A stretch of DNA of 64,000 nucleotides from the human T2T-CHM13v2.0 reference genome, Homo sapiens. Below are positions 31,157-44,284 of this stretch, piece after piece (the first letter of the stretch is position 1; every line of letters begins with the position of its first letter). The stretch is from the NCBI RefSeq assembly GCF_009914755.1, contig NC_060932.1; one strand, given 5' to 3'. Position numbers and translations under genes: made by a program. The notes below the pieces were generated by a model. The model was not told the origin of the DNA and did not search any database. It saw only the letters and a list, made by a program, of their open reading frames with translations.

Positions 31157-31323
31157 GTCCCCTCCCTCCAAAAAGACAATTATTAAAGGGAATAATGAAG
31201 ATTCTACTTATGCACTTACTGTGAAGCAGAATCATTTGTTTAAGCAACAGAAAAGAAGCCTCATGTGGCAGGATCAGGGGAGAAAATGGAACAAGATGAG
31301 GTGGGACAGGAAGGCAGGGTTGA

Positions 31324-31676
<353 letters not shown>

Positions 31677-31986
31677 GTGCTTTATGATTTTTAAAAGACC
31701 ACTCTAATTGCTGTGTGAAGGTGAACTGCAGAAAAAGAAGAATGAGCGATACAAAGAGACCAGTTAGGAGGCCGCTGAATACTCCAGGAGAGAGAGCAGC
31801 AGCTCACCCTAGAGCAGGGGCTGAGGGGATGGCAAGAGTATATTACTTTCAGAGTTAGAAATGGAAGAGCTTTTGCCAGATTGGCTATAATACAAGAGGC
31901 AAAAGAGGAGTCAAGGGTGACACCCAAGGTTGGGTGGCCTGGTGAGCAACAGGCAGAGAAAACTGCAGTGAATAAAAGGGTAGAGG

Positions 31987-32216
31987 GGCCGGGCACGGTG
32001 GCTCACACCTAAAATCCCAGCACTTTGGGAGGCTGAGGTGGGCAGATCACGAGGTCAGAAGATCGAGACCAACCTGGCTAACATGGTGAAATCTCGTCTC
32101 TAGTAAAAATACAAAAAATTAGCCAGGCGTGGTGGCAGGCGCCTGCAGTCCCAGCTACTCGGGAGGCTGAGGCAGGAGAATGGCGTGAACTCAGGAAAAA
32201 AAAAAAAAAAAAAAAG
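31987..32216 (+). mobile_element. AluY-like lacking the 3' part of the right arm
   Basis: ...gaatggcgtgaactcagg directly followed by an A tail. Confidence 0.9.
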
Positions 32217-32509
32217 CGGAGAGGTGGGTGAGTATGAGGTCAGCACTTGCCTGCTGCATGTGCTACTCAGTAGCTGCCTTCCTATAATTGCACGTTACAA
32301 GACAGAAGTGCCATTTAGGGACCACAGAGCAATTACTGTTTCTTCTAAAGAGAGCTGGTCAAATCTCGGATTTACTTGAAGAAAACCAGTGTGCTAAAGG
32401 TCTGCAGCTAGTGTATTATAAAATTTTAAGTGTGTTTCCCTATATGAGAGACTGGAAACATTTTCTAGGTTAATCACACACTGAGACACTGGGCTGGGCT
32501 CATACATAC

Positions 32510-32610
32510 CCGTCACTTTTCTTTAGCAGGTACCCCTTCTTTTCACTGCCATATTCCTTATTGCCCTGGAGCTGATGCATGCTGTATCCTCCTTGCCGGC
32601 TCTGAGAATC
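32510..32610 (-). CDS. ASAP1: ASAP1 exon, 101 nt, DSQSRQGGYSMHQLQGNKEYGSEKKGYLLKKSD(G) (linker, PH start)
   Basis: tttcctag|GATTCT...TGACGG|gtatgt; phase 0/2. Confidence 0.97.
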
Positions 32611-33429
32611 CTAGGAAAGAAAAACTACAGATTAAACAAAAACTAGAGACAATTCTCCCATCTTTGATTCTATTCTGCCATTGAGCCTTTGGCACTGGTC
32701 TGGGTCTAAGGGAATTATGGAACTTTAAGAGCTGTCAGGTCCTTTCCTTTATTTTAGAGGAGGAAACAGGGCAGCTAAACACTTGCCAGAGTCACAAAGC
32801 AAGTCCGAGGCAGAGCTGGGGTCTGGGTCTCTGATTTCTAGTTCAAAACCCACCTCTACTCTGAACTGAATTCAAACAAGCACAATGCACTGGTAGACAG
32901 ACTACTGTAAGACTGAATCCAGTTTACACTAGCGGCAGAGGCAAACACAGGAGGGACTGGAAAAAATGAAGTGGACCAGAAAATAAAGTCCATGCAACCC
33001 AAACATGTTCTTCCCTTAGGCTGTACCTTTCTCCCTTTACACATTCTGCCAATATGCCCCCAAATAAAAGGGGAACCTTCTAAGCAAGGTTTTAACAATT
33101 ATTATGTCTCTCATTTTGTAATTAGTGCTCTGTAAAATATACCTATAACCACATTTTTTAAATTAAGACAATTCTACAGCAGTGAAAAGTGTATGATGTC
33201 GTGGAGGGTGACAAGGGCCAAACCAACAACATAGATGTAAAAAAGGTTGATTTATTATTAGCATTCCACTGACATTTAACCATAGTTTCTAAGGACTACA
33301 TGACTAGAAACAGCCATTACATTACGAAAATGTAAGAAATAAAATCAACAACGTTGAACTGCAGAATGAGAACATGGTCTTTAGACATACAAGTAGGACA
33401 ATATATTCTCATAAAAAGTATTGACTTAC

Positions 33430-33438
33430 TCTCCTAGA
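33430..33438 (-). CDS. ASAP1: 9-nt cassette microexon TCTAGGAGA (Ser-Arg-Arg)
   Basis: Long pyrimidine tract ...ttttgcccttcctgatcgaag|TCTAGGAGA|gtaagt; phase 0/0 between the ...DQKE and DSQS... exons. Confidence 0.88.
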
Positions 33439-34454
33439 CTTCGATCAGGAAGGGCAAAAGAAACAGAGAAAAAAGGCAGAACATTTGAAAATATAGTTAA
33501 TTTCATTGAAAATGTTATCCATAATTTAAGCATTTTATATAATATACACAGAAAATATCACTGTAAAGATAATACCACAAAACACATACACCTCTAGATT
33601 CAGGATAAACTTTGGGTGACAGGACAATCAAATGTCTGTATTTATCAGGTTTTATTTCAGGTCATATGGCGTGAGAACAGAAACATGGCTAAATAGAAGA
33701 ATGTGAGGCACACACACATTTTAGGAAGATAAAATGGTTGACAAACCTCAAATGTGTATGTATAGGGAATCAATACCTCAGTGAAACCCAAAATGAATTA
33801 TTCAGAAAATCTAGGAATAGCCACAAATTGTAGCAGGACTTTTTTTTTTTATTTTTCCCCAAGGGAAAAGAACTTAAATATATCCAGTTCATAAACAACA
33901 CCTGAAATGTGATAGTGTCGAGGTAAGCTGAACCAACCACTGGCTATTTACTGACTTGTGTACGAAATACCTTTAACGCCAGGATGGCTTCTTTCTGACA
34001 CTCAGGATCCTTTTGGGCCAAGTAATGTATGTTCAGTGATGCAAAATTAATATAAGTAACAATCAAAGGAAAATCATAGATTCCGTGTTCAAAAGCATGT
34101 CCTGAATACCTCCTAAAAGCCAGGTATTAAGGACCCTGAGTATACAACATAAGCCCTGGCTTTGACATGGACGCTCACACTCTCACCATATCACTGTCCT
34201 GCTCTCTTGTGTAGGTAACTGGGAGCTTACTGTACACTTAACCAGGCAAGCTGACTCACATTAAAGAGGTTACAAACTTGAGTTATTTTCTATTTGAATA
34301 ATTTCTCTGTTTATAACTGGCCAGATTCCCTCCATATGAAACATTTAATTGGACAATATTAATCATTTGGGAGAGATGAGGCATGGACTTGAATCTAGGA
34401 TTTTCTTGCAAAATTCTCCCTAAATATTTCCTTTTAAAAAATACATATGTATAT

Positions 34455-34744
34455 ATTTATTTTTGAGACAGGGTCTTGCTTTGTTGCCCAGGCTGAATGC
34501 AATAGTGTGATCACAGCTCACTGCGGCCTGAACCTCCCAAGCTGAAATGAGTCTCTCGCCTCAGCCTTCTGAGTAGCTGGGACTACAGGTGTGTGCTACC
34601 ATGTCAGGCTAATTTTTGCTTTTTTGTAGGGATGGGGTTTCACTGTGTTGCCCAGGCTGGTCTTGAACTCCTGGACACAAGCAATTCTCCTACTTTGGCC
34701 TTCCGAGGTGCTGGGATTACAGGTGTGAGCACCATGCTCGACCT
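34455..34744 (-). mobile_element. AluJ
   Basis: Reverse Alu. Confidence 0.88.
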
Positions 34745-35180
34745 AAATGTTCACTTTTAATCAGGGCCTATAGCCTTGAATTCTATAGTAATGTGGTTCA
34801 CTAAGTCCTCCCTAATAGATATTTTCACACTTTCTAAATGGAGGTAGGACTGAGGGACTGTACTAAATAGCAGACAAGCAAGAAGAGCAGCCTTCCCCTA
34901 CCAATACCTCCAGCAACAGTCCCTAGTAACAACAGTAGTAACAGGTTTTTGTTTTGTTGTTGTTTTTTAAGAGAGGCAGCAGTGTGTTCATAATCCTAAT
35001 GAAGAAAAATGGATTGGGTTGCAGGGAACTGAGGCATGAGACAAAGCAAGAGGCAGGGATTAAAGAAATCCACAGGGCTTTCTGCTTTAATCCAACAAAA
35101 TCACAGGAAAATTACTCAATTATGAATTTGGAGTCAGGGATCTCTGCCCTATCTGTATCTTCCAGAAACATTAAAAACAT

Positions 35181-35487
35181 GGCCAGGCGCAGTGGCTCAC
35201 GCCTGTAATCCCAGCACTTTGGGAGGCTGAGGCGGGTGGATCATGAGGTCAGGAGATCGAGACCATCCTGGCTAACACGGTGAAACCCCGTCTCTACTAA
35301 AAATACAAAAAATTAGCCGGGCGTGGTGGCGGGCGCCTGTACTCCCAGCTACTCAGGAGGCTGAGGCAGAAGAATGGCGTGAACCCAGGAGGCGGGGCTT
35401 GCAGTGAACCGAGATTGCGCCACTGCACTCCAGCCTGGGCGACAGAGGGAGACTCCGTCTCAAAAAAAAAAAAAAAACAAACAAAAT
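35181..35487 (+). mobile_element. AluY
   Basis: gagatcgagaccatcctggctaacacgg and gaatggcgtgaaccc. Confidence 0.93.
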
Positions 35488-35620
35488 CTAAAATTTCCCT
35501 GTACACTGGTGCTCACTCATAACCCTCTTCCTTGGAACCCTTGTTACGGAACTAGACTTCTCTTCATCTGCCCACATAATTCCTAGGTCTGTCCAAATGC
35601 TTTAAAACTATGTATCTCTC

Positions 35621-35772
35621 GTGGTAGTTTTCTTTTTGGCACATTTGTTAAGTTTTCAAATGGGCCTAACACTGCCACATGTATTATACTGGAGTTGGCA
35701 AAGGCCTGTGACAATGAGATATCTCTCAAGCCTTTCACGCCTTTCCTCTATCAGAGAATGGCTCCCACATGT
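35621..35772 (+). pseudogene. SNORA12: Retroposed H/ACA snoRNA copy, SNORA12 (U108)-like
   Basis: Two-hairpin fold, with ACA at 35767-35769 three nt from the end. A-rich 3' region. TSD aactatgtatctct (35606-35619) / aactgtgtatctct (35839-35852). Family assignment is from recall. Confidence 0.75.
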
Positions 35773-36820
35773 GGCAGGAAAACAAAAACAAAAACAAAAA
35801 TGGATGTCTCACTACTAGGCACTCAATCAAAAACAAGCAACTGTGTATCTCTAATCTTAACCTTTGCTAACCTTTAAAATAAAACACTAAGTTTAAAAAA
35901 TAAAAATACTTCTTTTAAACAAGGATTCAGACACTAACAACTTATAAAAACGATTATATTCTGTAAATGTATCATTAAGACGTTCCTTATATATTTATTA
36001 CTAGCTTAAGTAAACCTTAAATTCTGAATAACAAACTCCTCGGAGTGAATGTGCTTGCTTTACATCAAACTAATATGCTTTTAAAGATGAATAAAGTGGC
36101 TAAACTCCAGGGTTTGACCTCATTAAACTGAGCAGAAAGGAAGCAGTATGTTTCAGAAGTTTAGTATCAACAATCCTAAATTAACTATGAATGAGTTTCA
36201 TGGCTTAATAAAGTCACACCGATTATTACTTGTGCTCTTTGAGAAATGATGGCCATTCAGCTTGCTAAGCAGGGCACTCTAGACAAATGCAAAGAGGATT
36301 TTCTTTCCTGAGAAAGTAGATACTGGACATTTAATAACATTAACAACAATTTAAAAACTGACACACTGAAGGAATGAAATAGGTTCTGAATCCTTTGATA
36401 GTGTTAACGGAAATTATGTATTCAGGAAACAGAAAAACTCATTTGGGCAAAAACATAAAACATAAACAATGAACTTAAAATCTTTTTAATTTCCTATTCT
36501 CTATTAGTATAGACAAATCACTTTCTTATTTGAAAATCTTATTAATGTATAAAATGTATTATTAAGAGGTAGAGTCTCAAATCTTTTAAAAGTGCAAGCA
36601 ATTATACATTCATTGATTTAATGGGGCTATAAATGTTTCTGGTATCCAATTTAAAACTAAACCTCTACTACAGAAGCCTAAAATTTCTAATGCAAGGTAT
36701 CAATGGAGTGGGCAAAAGATTCCTTCTGTTTCATTTTTCTAAATATTTGAATAGTTTTCTGGGACCAGGCTACAGGACAGATACTGTGACATGAGTAAAA
36801 CAGAAACAAAGAATCTGTCA

Positions 36821-37273
<453 letters not shown>

Positions 37274-38661
37274 TTATATAGCAAATAGTTCTTTTGTAGA
37301 TTAAGCTATTACAAAAGCTTAATATAATTTCATAGAACATTTATTTGCTAAGACAATAAAAACTTAATAGAAAAAAAATGAGTTTACTGAAATTCCAGGG
37401 ATCCTATTCACAACTAAAATTCTTGGAACTTCCTTTAATGGAGCCAAGTTAGAACCCGGTGGGGATGAGTAGGCTAAATGATTTGTTGGGTGCTTTTGAT
37501 TCCTCAGTTAATCTTTAAGATTACTTGACATTCTTTTCAAATAGTACCATGGTCAGAACTCTCTGTGGATGGTCTCCTCTCACATTTAATCTCAGTCATG
37601 AAAAATCACTATCTTCTAAACATATTCTGCAATGAGTGATGATAAACAGCATGAGAAAGGAACAGGCATGTTGTGAAAGATCAATGTATTACTTGTAAAA
37701 CTCTGTGATGCAAGGTACTAATGAAAACTCATCATTTATTAATCTGGGGTGGGGTTAAATCAAATCATGTGCATTTCATCATGTACACATTCCTTTGGCT
37801 TATATGCAACTTTGTTCTTTAGCTAGCATGAGCGGAACACTTAAGTCTCCATGCAAAACAAAAAGGGGTTGTAACAGTCCTCCTCTTTATTTTTCAAGAA
37901 AGCTTCCATATGTAGGAAAGAGGTAATACTGTGTGACAAAACAAAGGTAGGGAGTGGTTAAGTACATACAGTAAGTAAAACAACAATAAACAAAAAAACC
38001 CCAAAAAACCTCACAATATTCTCCCAAGACTGAAATCTACCACCCCGTACTCCCTTCTACCTGGGTCTTTTTAATGCTCTTACACTGAGAAATCATTCAA
38101 AGAGACCACATTTCTCCTAGGATTTATGTGTCAGTAATAAGCACCTTCAAAGGGCATGCATGGCATATCTGTGCTTCAGTCTGAAGTCTACTGGGGGTCT
38201 AATACTTGGAAATTCTTGTAAATCACAGTCAGAGGCCTCAAACCACAGGTGCAGTCACTGCCTGAGACTGAATGACATGGATGCAGAAACTGCCTTAGTG
38301 TACACAGATGTTCCTGGCCACTCTGCCTACTCCACAGGTTAGCAGATGCCTAGTGTTACAGTGCTATAGACTTCTCTCACTTGACCAATCCCCAGTGCAT
38401 ATACCTGGATTTGGAGAACCAGAAAAATAGAGGCTTATATTCACTCAATAAAGAAAACCTTCAGGGTTGCTTTAAAAGATTAGTGTCACTAGTGCAGGGC
38501 TTCCCATGTTTTATGGGAGTTGTTTTGTTTTAGACTCATAAACCCCTTTCAGAAATTTTAGAAATTAAAATAAGTGAACTTGCTATTGTTGTGTGATAGT
38601 ATTTAAAAACTGACTATAAAAATGCTGTATTTCATGTTATTATTATTAAATATTGCTCTTC

Positions 38662-38946
38662 ATTTTTTGTTTGTTTGTTTGTTTGAGGCAGGGTCTTCCT
38701 CCATTGCCCAGGCTGGAGTACAGTGACACAAATACAGCTTACTACAGCCTCCACTTCCTGGGCTCCTCAGCTTCCCTAGTAGCTGGGACTACAGGCACAT
38801 GCCACCATGCGTGGCTAATTTTTCAAAATTTTTTGTAGACACAGGCTCTTACTTTGTTGCCTAGGCTGGTCTCAAACTCCTGGGCCCAAGTGATCCTCCC
38901 ACCTTGGCCTCCCAAAATGTTTGGATTACAGGCATGAGCCACTGCT
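38662..38946 (-). mobile_element. AluJ
   Basis: Reverse Alu with (TTTG)n tail. Confidence 0.87.
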
Positions 38947-39666
38947 CTTAAATTTAACCCATAATTTCATAACAAAAACAGGCACGTTTTTAATTTCTCC
39001 CAGAAAACAAATGGTGCTTACTGTTTAATTTATCCTTATCATGAAGTCTACGTCCCTTAGTACAACACCCAAGGTCCTCCGTAGTCAGGTCTGAGTTTTT
39101 ACCTCAGAAACTGCATTTCTGACTCCTCCACCCATCCTGCCCCAAAATGTCTGCAGCCCCTTGAATATGCTGGGGAGTTTTCCATCTCTGGGTCTTGTAG
39201 GTTTCTGTCTGGCTGCAGTCATCTTCCAATGTATCTCTAATAGTATCCATACCACTTTAGGCATGATGGATTGTTCATATGGCTGACTAGATAATGAGCT
39301 ACTAGATGAAAGGGACTAAAGCTTAGTACCTAGAACTGTGCCTGGCACACAGCAGGTGTTAATGAAATGTTTGAACAAATGACATTTATAACTAAGGATC
39401 TGTACTGCATTCATCCAGCCTCTACCATGCATTCTATGCTCTTTCAATATCCAAGGACCAACTCACCTCAAATTTCCTAATTGTGGGGCAAAGCTTCTGT
39501 AGGATTCTGCATCAAAATATTTCCCTGGCAAATGAGACATGCCTGTTTTGGCTGCCCAGAAAGACAGAAGTGGTCTAAAGAGGAAAGTTGTAGAATGTAC
39601 TATGTTTCAGCATATGCTCCTGAAGTGCATGTCTTCAAAACTAGGATTGAAAATCTATAGTCATGG

Positions 39667-39966
39667 GGCTGGGCACAGTGGCTCATGTCTGTAATCCCAG
39701 AATTTTGGGAGGCCGAGGTGGGAGAATTGCTTGAGTCCAGCAGTTCAAGACCAGCCAGGGCAACATGGTCAAACTCCATCTCTACAAAAAATACAAAAAT
39801 TATCCAGGCATGGTGGCATGTGCCTGTAGTCCCAGCTACCTGGGAGGCTGAGGTGGAATGGTTGAGGTCAAGGCTGCGATGAGCCATAAGTGTGCCTGCC
39901 GCCTCACTCTAGCCTGGGTGACAGAGTGAGACCCTGTCTCAAAAAAGTAAAGAAAAAAGAAAAAAA
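39667..39966 (+). mobile_element. AluJ
   Basis: TSD aaaatc(t/c)a(t/g)agtcatgg. Confidence 0.88.
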
Positions 39967-40143
39967 AAAATCCAGAGTCATGGAATTGGATACCCAGAAC
40001 ATCTTTCCTATAAGCAAGGAAAAGGAACTAAAATACAGTTTCTACATGGGGCTTATGGTAGGTACATACTTGCATATTATATATCACTGTGCCTGTCTTG
40101 CAGATCAGGAAACACAAAGGGTATTACAAGCAGCCTTACCTAC

Positions 40144-40179
40144 ACTGTTAGCCCTGTTGTAAACATGTAAACCACTTAC
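40144..40179 (-). CDS. ASAP1: Putative 36-nt alternative 5' splice-site extension encoding VSGLHVYNRANS
   Basis: In-frame read-through of the donor with no stop, ending at AGT|gtaggtaag. Resembles the VGGLYVASRANS insert recalled from mouse Asap1. Confidence 0.6.
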
Positions 40180-40266
40180 TTCTTTCTGATCCAGTTGAAG
40201 AGAGGATTTTATTAAGTCTCGGAGTGCAGTTAGCTGTTTCTTTTCTTCATCCTGGGTCTGTTTTAT
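40180..40266 (-). CDS. ASAP1: ASAP1 exon, 87 nt, IKQTQDEEKKQLTALRDLIKSSLQLDQKE (BAR end)
   Basis: ttttcatag|ATAAAA...AAAGAA|gtaagt; phase 0/0. Confidence 0.97.
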
Positions 40267-41010
40267 CTATGAAAAAAAAATTACTTCTATTACTTACCAT
40301 TTACACTTTCACAGGCAGAGTTTAATTTATCCAAAAATACCACTCATCAAAATTCTATTATATATTTGGTTTTCTTACTAAAAGTCCTTTATACTGTCTC
40401 ATTTTTGATATGATATTTCTCATCTTATAAAAGCAGCAGTGGGTTTTGAAATTAGTGAATAATGCAACATGCATTCTTATTAAATAACCTATCTAAGCTA
40501 GATAGTTAACTCTGAAGTACTATTCTAAACAGCTTATATCATTGAGATTATTTGCTTCTGGTTTTTCAAAGGGTGGTAATGAAAATACCATAATGTGATT
40601 AAATGGTCCAGGAGAGAATCCTAAGAATGACCAGGAGTCTAATGGGCCAATGCATACATCAAAGTTTACATAGCATGAAATGGGGACAAGGGATCAGTGC
40701 TGCTTTTTTTAACCACTTGGGACTTAACTGTAACCTGAACCATGTTAACTACTAAAAGAAAATCAGAAAAAATACATAGCTATGCATTTTTAAAGTTATA
40801 TAAAAGGCATTCTTTGTAATTATAAAACTTTATTTGAGGATATTTACTCATACTCATAATATATACGCTTTTATTTACCCCCAAATGATTTTTGGGCAAC
40901 AACTTTACCATTTCTAATATATACATTTAGACCTAGACACTAAAAAAAGAGAGATAATATAAAACATGCAAAAAACAAAACAAAACAAAACAAAAACCCT
41001 TATAAATCAA

Positions 41011-41275
41011 AGGCGTGGTGGCTCACGCTTGTAATCCCAGCACTTTGGGAGGCCAAGGCGGGTGGATCACTTGAGCTCAGGAGTTCAAGACTAGTCTGGG
41101 CAACACAGTGAAACCCCATCTGTACCAAAAGGCTGAGGCACGAGAATTGCTTGAGCCCAGAAGGCGGACATTGCAGTGAGCCAAGATCGTGCCACTGTAC
41201 TCCAGCCTGGGCGACAGAGTGAGACTCTGAAAAACAAAAACAAAAACAGAAACAAACAAACAAAAACCCCAAAAA
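41011..41275 (+). mobile_element. Alu with central deletion
   Basis: ctgtaccaaaa joined directly to ggctgaggcacg. Confidence 0.87.
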
Positions 41276-41635
41276 ACTCTATAAACCTGCCTATTCAGAG
41301 TCAATTTTTATCCTTCCACAATCATGCATTCTTTCTGCAACTGCTGACCAAGGAACACTCAAATGTGATGCTAACTGAATCGTAAATGCAGAACCATCTG
41401 GAACTGATGGCTGTATACTCCCCTCCCTGCTCCTCTTATGGCCCCAGAAGGACTCTGGAGCATTTGACCATCGATGACTTCTCTGACTTAAACTGAAGGG
41501 TTATCTGTCCTAGGTTTGTACAGACATATCATTTAATCTTTTCTGCTTTTAACACCTTTCTAATACAGATTTCAAATTTACTGAAACTTATCCATGAAAG
41601 CAAGTTAAACTGCATGTATTTTATAAAGAACTTAC

Positions 41636-41711
41636 ATTATATAAATCAGCAGCCAGTTTTTCAATGTACTGTTTCAACTTATCAGCTGTTTTCAAGCCAT
41701 CTTGAAAGAAA
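41636..41711 (-). CDS. ASAP1: ASAP1 exon, 76 nt, FFQDGLKTADKLKQYIEKLAADLYN (BAR)
   Basis: aattgtag|TTTCTT...TATAAT|gtaagt; phase 2/0. Confidence 0.97.
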
Positions 41712-42836
41712 CTACAATTAAAAAAATCAGAGATTTACCACCAGTATAAAAAAAAAAGAGTATTTGTTTCCTTATGTGGAAATAAAAAAAGGAACTATAA
41801 TAACCTACAAAATCTGAAAATACACTTATCTGTATATATATACTCATTCTCTATGGATTTATCTATACAAGACAGTTATAAAACTAATTACGGCATTTTA
41901 TAAAGATGTACCAACAAATAAATTATGGCTGTCAGTTGACATTTGATAGAAGATATCACAAGGACACTGGAAATTACAGTTGCAGTCCCAAAACAGTGAT
42001 TTCATAACGTACATATGCATCTATACATAGAACAGTTCTTCCCAGTTAAACCATATTTGAATTTGAAGGAGAGAGAAGGACACATTAACCAGTGGAATAT
42101 CATGAGGTTGATCTGGACACTATAAAGAGAAATATGATGGAACTACAGATAAAGGCAGGAGAAAAGTCAAAATTCATTCAGTTCCTCAAAGATCCCTGTG
42201 TTCCAACATATATTTGAAACACAAGAATTCAAAGCAATAATACCAACGGGTTTGGAAAGCTTTATCCTACAACACATGGTTGCATGACTTCACCTGAAAA
42301 ATAACAAGAATTAATATCTGTGGAGCATTTAGCACATGCCCAGTACTGCACTGAACACTTTACACAAGTGATTTCATGTACACAACTCTAATGAATTAAA
42401 GCACTTCAATCTCATCTCCATTTGTAAAACTGAGGTACAGAGTATGTATAAAACTTGGTTAAGTTGCAGCTAGTAAGCAGCAGAGCTGGTGGAATTCAGA
42501 TCCAGGTCTGCCAGATTCTGATCCACGCTCTTTACCAGCAAGTGAAGATTTCTTGTCTCAGGTGGCACACTTCCACTCAGGAACCCAGTCTCTGATATCA
42601 GTTTAGAAAAATAAACAATATGCCTCAGAAAACGTGTTTAGAATTTTCTCTGCCCTATTGGAAGCTTCTCTAACCATGTCCCTACAGCAGACTATTTCTC
42701 AAAACACTATCTGTTTTGCTGTCTCCCTACAAACAACGAGGACCTTGAGCATGAGGACTGTCTCATCTCCCTATCACAGTGGGCCCAACACAAAGCAGAC
42801 TGAATGAAGCAATATCAAGACATTTTAAGGAATATC

Positions 42837-43096
42837 TTTTTTTTTTTGAGATGGAGTCTCTCTTCGTTGCCCAGGCTGGAGTGCAGCGGCGTGATCTCAG
42901 CTCACTGAAACCTCTGCCTCCCAGGTAGCTGGGACTACAGGTGCCTGCCACCACACCAGGCTAATTTTTGTATTTTCAGTAGAGACAGGGTTTCACCAAG
43001 TTGATCAGGCTCGTCTTGAACTCCTGACCTCAAGTGATCTGCCCACCTCGGCCTCCCAAAATGCTGGGATTACAGGTGTGAGCCACTGCGCCCAGC
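42837..43096 (-). mobile_element. AluS with internal deletion
   Basis: TSD taagg(a/c)atatctt. Confidence 0.9.
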
Positions 43097-43374
43097 TTAA
43101 GGCATATCTTAAGAGACATATTTTAAGCTTAATATGTATATTCAGTGTTCAGTGGCAATAACACAGGCTATTAGAAGTGGCCTTCAGAATGATTACTGAA
43201 ATCCTACAAGTTCCAACATTTTTTAAGGCTGACATCTTTGGCAAAGAAACCTTATTGAAATAAAGAAGAAAAATACTACCTTTAGAAAGTTTTTCAGCAA
43301 CAGGGATGAGAGATAAAAATGGCCTTTTAGTTAACCATTTAACTGAAAAATACATGAACACATGTAAAGCCTCA

Positions 43375-43658
43375 TCTCTCTCTCTCTCTCTCGGCAGGGT
43401 CTCACTCTGTCACCCACACTGGAGTGCAGTGGCTCAATGAAGCCTAGACTTCCTGGGCTCAAGTGATCCTCCCATCTCAGCCTTCTGAGTAGCCGGGACT
43501 ACAGAGGCACCCCACCATGCCTGGCTCATTTTTATTTTTGTAAAGATAAGGTTTTGCCACATTGCTTGGGCTGGTCTCCAACTCCTGGACTCAAGTAATC
43601 TGCTCTCCTTGGTCTCCCGAAGTGCTGAGATTAAAGGTGTGAGCCACCGTGCCTGGCC
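43375..43658 (-). mobile_element. AluJ with (CT)n tail
   Basis: Reverse Alu. Confidence 0.87.
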
Positions 43659-43921
43659 TAAACCCTTATTTTCTAGCATTTGGGTTTTTGGCACTGCCTA
43701 TAGCGATGCAAGTAAAACTTCTCAGTATAGAATTTTAAAAGTTTACGTTCTGACCCTTGAATACTTCTGTTTTATCTCTTACCATTTTCCCTTAAAAACT
43801 CCAAGGTCTAGCCATGCTACATTATTTCTAGTTGCCTGTTCTTTTTCAATCCATCCTTCCCCACTTCAGCCTTTGCATATGCTATTCCCTCTGCCTGGAA
43901 TGCCCTTCCCCTCTATACCTG

Positions 43922-44284
43922 TGTAGTAGTACGTTCCCATGTTGCTATGAAGGAACACCCAAGACGGAGTAATTTATAAAGAAAAGAGGTTTAATTGACT
44001 CACAGTTCCACATGGCTAGGGAGACCTCAGGAAACTTACAACCATGGCAGAAGGCACCTCTTCACAGGGCGGCAGGAGAGAGAATAATGCCAGCAGGAGA
44101 AATGCTAGACACTTAAAAAACCATCAGATTCCTTGAGACTCACTCATTATCAAGAGAACAGCATGGGGGAAACTGCCCCCATGACTCAATTAACTCCACC
44201 TGGTCCTGCCCTTGACATGTGGGGATTATGGAAATTACAATTCAAGGTGAGATTTGGGTGGGGACATGGAGCCAAACCCTATCA
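43922..44284 (-). mobile_element. THE1 (THE1C/D-like) MaLR solo LTR inserted in an L2 relic
   Basis: tgtagtagt...gccaaaccctatca; 5-bp TSD ACCTG at 43917-43921 and 44285-44289. Confidence 0.92.

Noticed and set aside
40290-40300. Donor-like ATG|gtaagt about 30 nt upstream of the 40266 acceptor
   Set aside because: The intron would be too short to splice, and no upstream acceptor was identified.
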